From assembly GCA_964654465.1 (NCBI GenBank), contig CAZZIO010000036.1:1-24770 (forward strand): DNA of 24,770 bases, read 5' to 3'. This document shows, one piece after another, positions 17,338 to 24,770 of the stretch. Under the pieces are notes generated by a model. It ran no database searches and was not told the DNA's origin. It was given only the letters and a program-made list of their open reading frames with translations. Within the stretch, counting starts at the first letter, position 1. Each line of letters opens with the position of its first letter. The translations under genes were made by a program, and so were the position numbers. The DNA comes from an uncultured Dictyoglomota bacterium (GTDB lineage Bacteria > Dictyoglomota > Dictyoglomia > Dictyoglomales > Dictyoglomaceae).

Positions 17338-18342
17338 TTAAGGTAAAAGTACCTTCTTTCCTGCTCCTGCTCCTTTTTCCAATAGATATGGAATCACGTC
17401 AGCTTCATCTAATTCATATTCATAAGGAATATTAAAGTCCTCCAATTCTTGAGTTATATTATTTTCTCCACATTCCCAGTAAAAATTATTAGACTCTTTT
17501 ATATACCCATCCTGTGGACTTTCAAACTGAGTAGTCATTGGAATTTTTACATTCTCAAAATAGTTATTTTCTACAATAACTTTTGCCCCCATTCTGGATG
17601 CAATACCATAAAGAAGTATATTTTTATAATAGTTATTAAAGATATGGACAGCCCCAAATCTTACAGAAGGATTTCTTGAATTAGTATTTCTAAAGATATT
17701 ATGGTGATAAGTTACCCTTGCATCTACATCTACAGTAGAGCTATCACTACTACCTACTTGAGTACATTTCCAACTATTCTCAAAAATATTCCATGAAACA
17801 GTGACTCCTTGAGATCCTTTGATAATATCTAATAATGCATCAACTCTATCCTTTTCTTTTTCTCTTTCTGGTACCACAATCATATCACTGGTTAATGTGC
17901 AGTGATCTATCCAAACGTTTTTAGAGTTTTCAACAGTTATGGCATCATTTTTAGGATTTTCAAAAGTATTTTTAATGGTTAAGTTTCTGATAATTACATT
18001 ACTTACTCCTTTTAAATATAAGCCCCAGCCAACAATACCTGCATCTTCTGTTATACCAATAATAGTCTTATTAGATTCAATAGTAATCTGACCCTGTTCT
18101 TTACTAGTATCTATAATTCCTTTTACAAGAATAATATATGGATCTTTATCTTGTGCATACTTTTTAAAATCATTAATATTATCAACAGTTACAACTTTTC
18201 CACCTTGCCCACCTGTTGTCCCTGCCCCAAAACCTACTGGCTTATCATCAAGAGTAAGTATAGTTTCATCTATATTTTCTTGAGAGAAACCAAAACTCAT
18301 TAATAAAGCAATAATTAGTAATAGAATAAAAAGCTTCTTCAT
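17338..18342 (-). CDS. Secreted pectate lyase, polysaccharide lyase family 1
   Basis: Signal peptide, GFGAGTTGG.GG, SNKTIIG, NVIIRNL, DAI, VWIDH, VTYHHN and RNPSVR motifs. Confidence 0.95.
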   Translation of the reverse strand: MKKLFILLLIIALLMSFGFSQENIDETILTLDDKPVGFGAGTTGGQGGKVVTVDNINDFKKYAQDKDPYIILVKGIIDTSKEQGQITIESNKTIIGITEDAGIVGWGLYLKGVSNVIIRNLTIKNTFENPKNDAITVENSKNVWIDHCTLTSDMIVVPEREKEKDRVDALLDIIKGSQGVTVSWNIFENSWKCTQVGSSDSSTVDVDARVTYHHNIFRNTNSRNPSVRFGAVHIFNNYYKNILLYGIASRMGAKVIVENNYFENVKIPMTTQFESPQDGYIKESNNFYWECGENNITQELEDFNIPYEYELDEADVIPYLLEKGAGAGKKVLLP

Positions 18343-18357
18343 GACTCTATACCTCCT

Positions 18358-19731
18358 TTATTTTTCTCCAAAATATTTTAGAAATCTTTTTGTACCATCA
18401 ATCATTCTATCAAAAAGTTCTTTGGCTTTAGAATGATTTAATCTTGACTCTACTAATGGATCATTATAAAAAGCCCTAAAAGCAAGCTTTAGATCTTTTT
18501 CCAAAACTGCTTGAAGGATCATTTCTTGATTCATAATATGCCTCAAAACCCATGAATTCACATCATTAGGTAATTTCCCTGCATATATAGGTAGTATATT
18601 ATCTCTTGTTATATATACATTAGTTTCAACTATAACATCTCTTGGTACTCCATCCATCTGCCCAACATTAGGATAATTAACATTAGTTATAAAATCGGAA
18701 AGCCCAAGAAGAGCTTTCATTATTTGGACTCCTACCTCTCCAGAAGGTTTAATAGGAAATTCCATCTCTCCTTTAGCAAGTTTTTGACTCATCTCATAAA
18801 GTTCTTTTGCTTGCTGTCTTCTAAAGGATACAGGAGTTAAAGAAAACTTCCATTCTTTTACCTTTTCAGGATTTTCCAAATACCAGTAAGCAGGGAAAAA
18901 CTCTGCTAAATGTCTGTCACCAGCAGCTGCAATTATTCCATATCTTTTATAAAGATCAAATTTTACCCTATTAGCAGAGGCAAAATAATCCCAAGTCCAT
19001 CTACCTTTCTCTTCTTCATAACCTTCATAATAATATTTCTCGGCAAATTCACCATAAATGGGTAATAGATCCATATTTCTGTAGGAAATCTTATCTACCC
19101 ATGTAAAATGATTAATTCCTAAAACATTTTGTTTTATCTCAGAAAGTGAGACATCAATATTCTCCTTTTCCTTTAACATGAGAGACAAAATCTTAGGGAT
19201 TTTAAAAACTTCATGACAACAACCTATTGCTTTTATCTTAGGAAATACTGTATATAGAGTCCTCACACAAAGAGCCATAGGGTTTGTGTAATTAATAACC
19301 CAGGAAGTGGGAGAATATTTTCTAATAGCCTCAGCAAATTCCATATATATAGGAATAGTTCTTAAAGCTCTTATAACTCCTCCAGGTCCAGGTGTATCTC
19401 CTACTGATTGATAAATACCATACTCCTCTGGAAGATGCACATCTATTTCCATCTCATCCAATGTACCTGGAAGAATGGAAATAACTATAAAATCTGCACC
19501 TTCTAATGCTTCCCCTATCTCCTTTACCGCTTTATATCTCCATTTACTTTTAGCAGACTTCTGTTCACTTATTCTATTTCCAATAATCTCATTAGTTTTT
19601 GCAGACTCAAAATTTATATCATAAAGTCTCACTTCTCCAGAAAAACTCTCTTCAAGAGCAAGATCTGCCATAAACTTCCAAGCCCAACCCTTAGATCCTC
19701 CTCCTATGTATGCTATCTTTACATCATTCAT
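18358..19731 (-). CDS. lplD: GH4 NAD+/Mn2+-dependent alpha-galacturonidase
   Basis: KIAYIGGGS, QSVGDT.GPGG, NYTNP, GINHF and the CHEV motif associated with GH4 alpha-galacturonidases. Confidence 0.88.
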   Translation of the reverse strand: MNDVKIAYIGGGSKGWAWKFMADLALEESFSGEVRLYDINFESAKTNEIIGNRISEQKSAKSKWRYKAVKEIGEALEGADFIVISILPGTLDEMEIDVHLPEEYGIYQSVGDTPGPGGVIRALRTIPIYMEFAEAIRKYSPTSWVINYTNPMALCVRTLYTVFPKIKAIGCCHEVFKIPKILSLMLKEKENIDVSLSEIKQNVLGINHFTWVDKISYRNMDLLPIYGEFAEKYYYEGYEEEKGRWTWDYFASANRVKFDLYKRYGIIAAAGDRHLAEFFPAYWYLENPEKVKEWKFSLTPVSFRRQQAKELYEMSQKLAKGEMEFPIKPSGEVGVQIMKALLGLSDFITNVNYPNVGQMDGVPRDVIVETNVYITRDNILPIYAGKLPNDVNSWVLRHIMNQEMILQAVLEKDLKLAFRAFYNDPLVESRLNHSKAKELFDRMIDGTKRFLKYFGEK

Positions 19732-19752
19732 TTTTTTAATTCCTCCTCTCCT

Positions 19753-20592
19753 CTATCCTCTAAGCCCTGACGTGGTTACACCTTGTACAATATATTTCTG
19801 GAAGAATACAAATAATATAAGCACAGGAAGTAAAGATAACGTAGACATAGCAAAAACTGCTCCCCAATTAGTTACTGCAGAAGGATCTGAAAAAGCTCTT
19901 AATGCTACTGAGACTGGATATTTTTCAGGACTATTTAAATATACCAAAGGTCCCATAAAATCATTCCACGCCCAATAGAAAGAGAATATGGTAGCAGTAG
20001 TAATTACTGGTTTTAAGTTGGGAAGAATAATATGATAAAAAATACCAAATCTTCCTGCCCCATCAATAAAGGCAGACTCATCAAGTTCCTTAGGTATTCC
20101 TCTAATAAATTGCATGATCATAAATATAAAGAAAGGACCCCCAAGAAAAGCCGGTACTATAAGAGGTTTAAATGTATTTATCCATCCAAGCTTAGAAAAT
20201 AAAATATACCTGGGTACAATCTGAACCTGCATAGGAAGCATCAATGTAAGAATTACAGTAGTAAATATGATTTTTCTTCCTGCAAAAGGAATTCTGGCAA
20301 GTCCATATGCTACAAGAGTTGAAGATATAACTGTTCCAATAGTATTAAGACCTGCTAATATAAAAGAGTTTTTAAAGAATGTAGCAAAAGTTATACCACC
20401 AAATCCCCCCCATCCTTCTATATAGTTATTTATTGTAGGTTCCTTAGGTATAAGATTTAAAACATCACTAAAAATCTCCCACGGCTGTTTAAAAGAACTA
20501 CTTAACATCCACAAGGCTGGATATACCATAATGAAGGCAAGAAAAGTAACAAAGGTATAATAAATTATATTATTCAAAGTTTTCCTTTTCAC
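19753..20592 (-). CDS. Carbohydrate ABC transporter permease (MalG-like)
   Basis: Six TM segments, EAA loop IPKELDESAFIDGA, WNDF and a QKYIVQG C-terminus. GTG start. Confidence 0.95.
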   Translation of the reverse strand: MKRKTLNNIIYYTFVTFLAFIMVYPALWMLSSSFKQPWEIFSDVLNLIPKEPTINNYIEGWGGFGGITFATFFKNSFILAGLNTIGTVISSTLVAYGLARIPFAGRKIIFTTVILTLMLPMQVQIVPRYILFSKLGWINTFKPLIVPAFLGGPFFIFMIMQFIRGIPKELDESAFIDGAGRFGIFYHIILPNLKPVITTATIFSFYWAWNDFMGPLVYLNSPEKYPVSVALRAFSDPSAVTNWGAVFAMSTLSLLPVLILFVFFQKYIVQGVTTSGLRG

Positions 20593-21498
20593 TTATACTC
20601 CCTCCTCTGCTTCATAATAAACCCAACGATTAGAGGTCTTGAAAATGATAATAGTAAATAAGCCAACTAAAGCTAACATAAACCAGGCAAGGGCTGAAGC
20701 ATAACCCATTTCAAAATCATTAAAAGCCTTCCTATACATGTAAACTGCATAGAACAAAGTTGAATCTAATGGACCTCCCTGAGTAATAATATAGGACTGT
20801 GTAAAAGCCATAAAACCATGTATCATCTGGTTAATAAGATTAAAAAGAATAACTGGTGTAATCATAGGAAGAGTAATAGATGTGAGTCTTTTCCAAAAAC
20901 TTGCACCATCAATAGTCGCAGCTTCATAAAGCTCAGTAGGAACCTGTTTTAACGCTGCCAAAAATATTAACATGGGAGATCCAAACTGCCAAACTGCAAG
21001 TAAAATAAGAGTCCATATAGCAGTACGAGTATCTCCAAGCCAGTTTATACCATGAATTCCAAAAATAGAAAGAAATGCATTAATGATTCCATCATATCCC
21101 CATATCTGTCTCCAAACTACCGCTATAGCTACACTTCCTCCAATAAGAGAAGGTATATAATAGATAGCACGATATAAATTAAGAATTTTACTTTCTTTCA
21201 TACTAAATATAAGAGCAACAATAAAAGCAAAAATAAGCCTCAATGGCACCTCGAATAAAACATATTTAAAAGTTGCTTTTGTAGCACTCCAAAATCTGGG
21301 ATCTTGAGTAAACATTCTTATCCAATTCTGAAAACCAATCCATCTTGGTGAAGTCAAGATGTCATATCTGGTAAACGAAAGGTATAAAGAAGTTACAAGG
21401 GGAAAAATTATAAAGGCAATAAAACCTATCAACCAAGGACTTACAAAAATATATCCCATAAGTAGATCATGTTTTTTCTTTTTAGTAAGTTTTTTCAT
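20593..21498 (-). CDS. Carbohydrate ABC transporter permease (MalF-like)
   Basis: EAA loop VPTELYEAATIDGA, ITLPMITP, TQGGP and MGYASA. Confidence 0.95.
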   Translation of the reverse strand: MKKLTKKKKHDLLMGYIFVSPWLIGFIAFIIFPLVTSLYLSFTRYDILTSPRWIGFQNWIRMFTQDPRFWSATKATFKYVLFEVPLRLIFAFIVALIFSMKESKILNLYRAIYYIPSLIGGSVAIAVVWRQIWGYDGIINAFLSIFGIHGINWLGDTRTAIWTLILLAVWQFGSPMLIFLAALKQVPTELYEAATIDGASFWKRLTSITLPMITPVILFNLINQMIHGFMAFTQSYIITQGGPLDSTLFYAVYMYRKAFNDFEMGYASALAWFMLALVGLFTIIIFKTSNRWVYYEAEEGV

Positions 21499-21527
21499 AA
21501 ATCTCGCATTACCTCCTCAAAATATAA

Positions 21528-21556
21528 TAGGGAAGGGAGTTTGCCTCCCTTCCCTA
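21528..21556 (-). terminator. Intra-operon stem-loop after the binding-protein gene (partial terminator or mRNA stabiliser)
   Basis: Perfect 12-bp stem TAGGGAAGGGAG-N5-CTCCCTTCCCTA, followed on the minus strand by an imperfect U-tract (TTATATTTT). Confidence 0.7.
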
Positions 21557-21568
21557 AATAAAATTTAC

Positions 21569-22843
21569 TTACCTCTTTAATATCTGTATTACTTGTTCTC
21601 TGAACTTCTTTGCTGCTTCTTCTGGGGTAATCTTCTTATACATAATCTGGTCATATAGAGGAGTGTAAACATTATTATAAATCTCTTGCCATCTTTCAGG
21701 ATCAGGTGCTGGAGTTGGAGCTCCATATTTTTCAACTATAGATATGAAATTAAATATTTCTTTCTCCACTGGAGAAAGAAGAGGTTTTAGTGCAAGTTGT
21801 ACTCTCTTGGAAATAGGTACTCCCCTTTCTGCCATTAATATCTTTGCTGCTTCAATATCATTAATAAAGAAGTCTATAAAAGTTGCAGCTTCTTTGGGAT
21901 ATTTAGTTTTTGCATTTATTGCGAAAAACATGGAAGGCTTTAAGAAATTACCTACTTTTCCTTTAAGTGTAGGAAGCATATAAAGTCTTAATTGTTTTCC
22001 TTTTAAAGCTTTACTCATAGCAGTAAGCTGGTTACTCCATGTAAATTGCATAGCAGATTTTCCAAGACAAATGAATCTTTGCTCAGGGCTTACACTTCCT
22101 CTTGCTATTTCTACATCTCTTGATGGAATTACACCCTCATCTTGTAGTTCAAGAAGCATTCTATAGAAGTTGGCATAAACATTATCATCTTCATATCCAA
22201 GAGATTTTCCATCGTCACTAAATAGATAGCCACCATTCTCTATAGTCCATACTCTAAATACATTATGGTCTCCTAAGTTTTCTGCTGCTCCATATATTCC
22301 AAGTTTTCTATGAATTATCCTTGCAATTCTCTTGAAATCTTCCCATGTCCATAAAGTTGGAGGTAAAGGTACACCTGCTTTTCTGAAAATTTCAGGATCA
22401 ATAGCAAATGCTTGAGAGTTATTACCCAAGTTTATAGCATAAAGTTTTCCCTTTAACTTTCCTGAATCTACTATACTCTTTGCTACATCTTTTAGATTTA
22501 TTACTCCTTGGGCTACTAAATCATCCAAAGGAAGCAAAAATCCTTTTTCTACCCATCCCCTTAAATAGGCATGATCCTGTTGCATTATATCTGGTAAATT
22601 ACCACCGGCAGCCATAGTAGTAAGCTTTGTATAATACTCTGACCATCCAGTATACTCAGCTACTATCTTTATGTTAGGATACTTCTTTTGGAATAAATCA
22701 ATAACTTTTAAAGTTCTATTATGTCTATCCTGAGAGCCCCACCAAATAATTCTTAAAGTAACCTGCTGTTGAGCTGGAGAAATGGCTAATAAGAAACAGA
22801 CTAAAACTAATAAGATCATCAGTAATCTAAAATTTCTTCTCAT
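21569..22843 (-). CDS. ABC sugar-binding protein, probable oligogalacturonide-binding (TogB/YesO-like)
   Basis: Signal peptide without a clear lipobox, then LRIIWWGSQDRH, EYTGWSEY, GNLPDIMQ, KPSMFFAI and ERGVP. Start placed at ATG 22843 (SD GGGGG). Confidence 0.88.
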   Translation of the reverse strand: MRRNFRLLMILLVLVCFLLAISPAQQQVTLRIIWWGSQDRHNRTLKVIDLFQKKYPNIKIVAEYTGWSEYYTKLTTMAAGGNLPDIMQQDHAYLRGWVEKGFLLPLDDLVAQGVINLKDVAKSIVDSGKLKGKLYAINLGNNSQAFAIDPEIFRKAGVPLPPTLWTWEDFKRIARIIHRKLGIYGAAENLGDHNVFRVWTIENGGYLFSDDGKSLGYEDDNVYANFYRMLLELQDEGVIPSRDVEIARGSVSPEQRFICLGKSAMQFTWSNQLTAMSKALKGKQLRLYMLPTLKGKVGNFLKPSMFFAINAKTKYPKEAATFIDFFINDIEAAKILMAERGVPISKRVQLALKPLLSPVEKEIFNFISIVEKYGAPTPAPDPERWQEIYNNVYTPLYDQIMYKKITPEEAAKKFREQVIQILKR

Positions 22844-22955
22844 TTTTAATCCCCCCAAACTAAGTTTTTTAATAAAAGAAAATCAAAGCAAAGCTAAAAA
22901 TTTTTTTATTTCTTTATACACCTCCTTTGTATATTATGAAATTCATTTGTATTAT

Positions 22956-22984
22956 ATTATAACCACATCATTAAAATTTTTCAA
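22956..22984 (-). promoter_or_regulatory. Sigma70-type promoter of the pectin operon
   Basis: Minus-strand TTGAAA (22984-22979), 17-nt spacer, TATAAT (22961-22956). Confidence 0.7.
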
Positions 22985-23002
22985 GCAAATTTTAAATTAA
23001 GG

Positions 23003-24184
23003 TTAAAAATCCCCTTGAGAGTTGAGTTTCGTAATTAATACATCTCCTAAGGATGCTCCCCAAGATCTGGTTAGTCCAGCCAAAATATATCCATTATCCT
23101 CTGTTTCTATTATTGTTTTACCATCATCATCTCCGTCTCCATCGTATACTTTTTGCCATAATAAGTTACCATCAGAGTCTAATCTAATTAAATATACAGC
23201 TGTTCCGGTAGTTCCAAATGATCTTGTACTTCCCGATATTATATATCCTCCATCTGATGTTGTTCTTATACATTCACCTTCATCTCCCGAATCTCCACCA
23301 TAATACCTTTCCCAAAGCATATCACCATTAGGATCAACCTTGATAATATAAACATCACTATAGTTACTATAAGAAAGTGTAGATCCAACTAATATGAAGT
23401 TTCCATCCTTTGTCTTCTCAATTCTATTTCCCACATCATCTTTTGTTCCTCCATAAGTTTTATACCAAATTACATTTCCATTCTTATCAAATTTTACAAG
23501 TACTACATCCTTACTCCCATTACCAAAAGACATAGTATATCCTAACACCAAATATCCGTCTTCTACTTCTACTACCGAACTTGCCTCATCAAAATTCCTT
23601 CCACCCCATGTTTTACTCCATATAAGATTTCCATTAGGATCTAATTTGAGAACATAAAAATCAGAGTTTCCTTGCCCAAAAGACCTTGTCCATCCCACAA
23701 AAATATAATTTCCATCACTATCCTCAATAACCTGTCTTCCGCCATCCATATCTATTCCACCGAAATTTTTAGCCCAAGCAAGATTTCCTTTTGCATCATA
23801 CTTTATTGCAAAAAGATCCTTTGAAATTCCTGTAGCATAAGAATAGCTTTCACCTAAAAGTAAAAGTCCTCCATCACTAGTTTCTATTACACTTTGAGCA
23901 TTATCATCTCTTTCACCAAAAAAGAATATCTCCCAAAGAATATTTCCCCATTTATCAATCTTTAGAAAATAAAAATCATCTTCTCCATTAATATTCTTAG
24001 AATTGCTCATTCCTGCAAGAATGTAATTTCCATCCTTTGTTTTTATAATATCATTAACATATTCATTGCCTGAATATCCATGAATCTTTCTCCAAGTAGT
24101 CTTAGGAGTAAAATAAGTACATCCTGAAATAAAAATAATCAGAAGTACTACAAATAACATCTTCAAATATAGATATCTTTTCAT
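23003..24184 (-). CDS. Lipoprotein seven-repeat beta-propeller protein, function unknown
   Basis: Lipobox ISG/C after a hydrophobic leader. Seven ~50-aa repeats of the same type as 16180-17325. Start placed at ATG 24184 (SD AGGAGGT). Confidence 0.8.
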   Translation of the reverse strand: MKRYLYLKMLFVVLLIIFISGCTYFTPKTTWRKIHGYSGNEYVNDIIKTKDGNYILAGMSNSKNINGEDDFYFLKIDKWGNILWEIFFFGERDDNAQSVIETSDGGLLLLGESYSYATGISKDLFAIKYDAKGNLAWAKNFGGIDMDGGRQVIEDSDGNYIFVGWTRSFGQGNSDFYVLKLDPNGNLIWSKTWGGRNFDEASSVVEVEDGYLVLGYTMSFGNGSKDVVLVKFDKNGNVIWYKTYGGTKDDVGNRIEKTKDGNFILVGSTLSYSNYSDVYIIKVDPNGDMLWERYYGGDSGDEGECIRTTSDGGYIISGSTRSFGTTGTAVYLIRLDSDGNLLWQKVYDGDGDDDGKTIIETEDNGYILAGLTRSWGASLGDVLITKLNSQGDF

Positions 24185-24226
24185 TTTGTTACCTCCTTTT
24201 AACCAATAAAACGACAAGGTTTCAAC

Positions 24227-24250
24227 GGGGAGTCCCTAAAAGGACCCCCC
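24227..24250 (-). other. GC-rich stem-loop between the PL1 gene and the propeller lipoprotein gene
   Basis: Minus-strand GGGGGGUCC-uuuuag-GGACUCCCC, a 9-bp stem with one G-U pair. No immediate U-tract, so a stabiliser or weak terminator. Confidence 0.55.
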
Positions 24251-24257
24251 CCTATTA

Positions 24258-24770
24258 TTACTCATACTTAACTATAATCTTTCCAGCTCCTGCCTTCTCT
24301 AAGATTACGCTTGGCAGGTTAATAGGATCTTCAGGTGAGTAGTTATAAGGTATCCAATTGGATATATTTAGCCACTCATCTGCTCTATCTCTGAAATCGT
24401 AATTAATACCATCTGTCAGTTGATCTAAAGTAGGTAAGTTTTTCTGAGGAGTACCACTCTCTATATAGATATTTGTATCTCCGTTTTCTGGATCCTCTTT
24501 AGAAAAAACAATAAACCCTGGAGGAGAATTATATGTACCTGAGGCAGGAATCTGAACTCTCTCAAAGTAATTATATTCTACAAGAGCTCTTACAGCACAT
24601 GTACCATTAGGACCAAGCTGAACATCAGTATAATAATTATTGAAAATATGTACTATTCCATACCTCATTCTGGGATTTCTTCCAGCGGTACCATTGAAAA
24701 AGTTATGATGATAAGTAACCCTTAAATAATCAGCATCATCTGATAATTTATCATCACTCCCTACTATACT
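24258..24770 (-). CDS. Pectate lyase PL1 (3' part; starts beyond the right edge)
   Basis: The frame is open to 24770: SIVGSDD...LRVTYHHNFF...GRNPRMRYGIVHIFNNYY...AGAGK, the PL1 C-terminal motifs. The ORF-track start at 24668 is internal. Confidence 0.9.
   Translation of the reverse strand, partial: SIVGSDDKLSDDADYLRVTYHHNFFNGTAGRNPRMRYGIVHIFNNYYTDVQLGPNGTCAVRALVEYNYFERVQIPASGTYNSPPGFIVFSKEDPENGDTNIYIESGTPQKNLPTLDQLTDGINYDFRDRADEWLNISNWIPYNYSPEDPINLPSVILEKAGAGKIIVKYE

Noticed and set aside
11981-23303. Short plus-strand ORFs at 11981, 14222, 15162, 16174, 16859, 17449, 19706, 21359, 21744, 22782 and 23022
   Set aside because: Antisense to, or spanning junctions of, the minus-strand operon genes. 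Their Ser/Pro/Phe-rich composition is typical of shadow frames.
23003-24184. Propellers as the missing oligogalacturonate lyase (PL22, also a 7-bladed propeller)
   Set aside because: Both carry export signals and are highly regular repeats unlike Ogl, which is cytoplasmic. No catalytic motif was recognised.
24258-24668. 136-aa ORF as a truncated pectate lyase pseudogene
   Set aside because: The frame stays open to the window edge with PL1 motifs, so the truncation is a window artefact.

Overview
AT-rich bacterial chromosomal window. Gene style (Lys/Glu/Ile-rich proteins, strong GGAGG Shine-Dalgarno sites, periplasmic-type sugar-binding protein) suggests a saccharolytic thermophile, possibly Dictyoglomus-like; this is an impression, not a search result. 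The left part holds a 5' fragment of a MalY/PatB PLP enzyme, an unannotated ~301-bp internally deleted IS256-family remnant with degenerate terminal repeats and an 8-bp target duplication, a Ca2+/cation antiporter, a membrane-anchored TPR protein, a GH3 + GH31 (YicI) glycosidase pair, yjbQ, an MNT-HEPN toxin-antitoxin pair, ltaE and a DUF2892 protein. The right half (10397-24770, all minus strand) is a pectin-utilisation locus. It has two PL1 pectate lyases, each immediately followed by an exported seven-repeat beta-propeller protein, plus a sugar ABC transporter, a GH4 alpha-galacturonidase, a KDG kinase and an IclR regulator. The operon ends in an overlapping redox trio: a DHOD/DPD-like FMN protein with 2x[4Fe-4S], an orphan FrdA/SdhA-like FAD protein and a Zn dehydrogenase. 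The trio stands where kduI/kduD/ogl/uxa genes would be expected and is the best candidate for an undescribed pathway.
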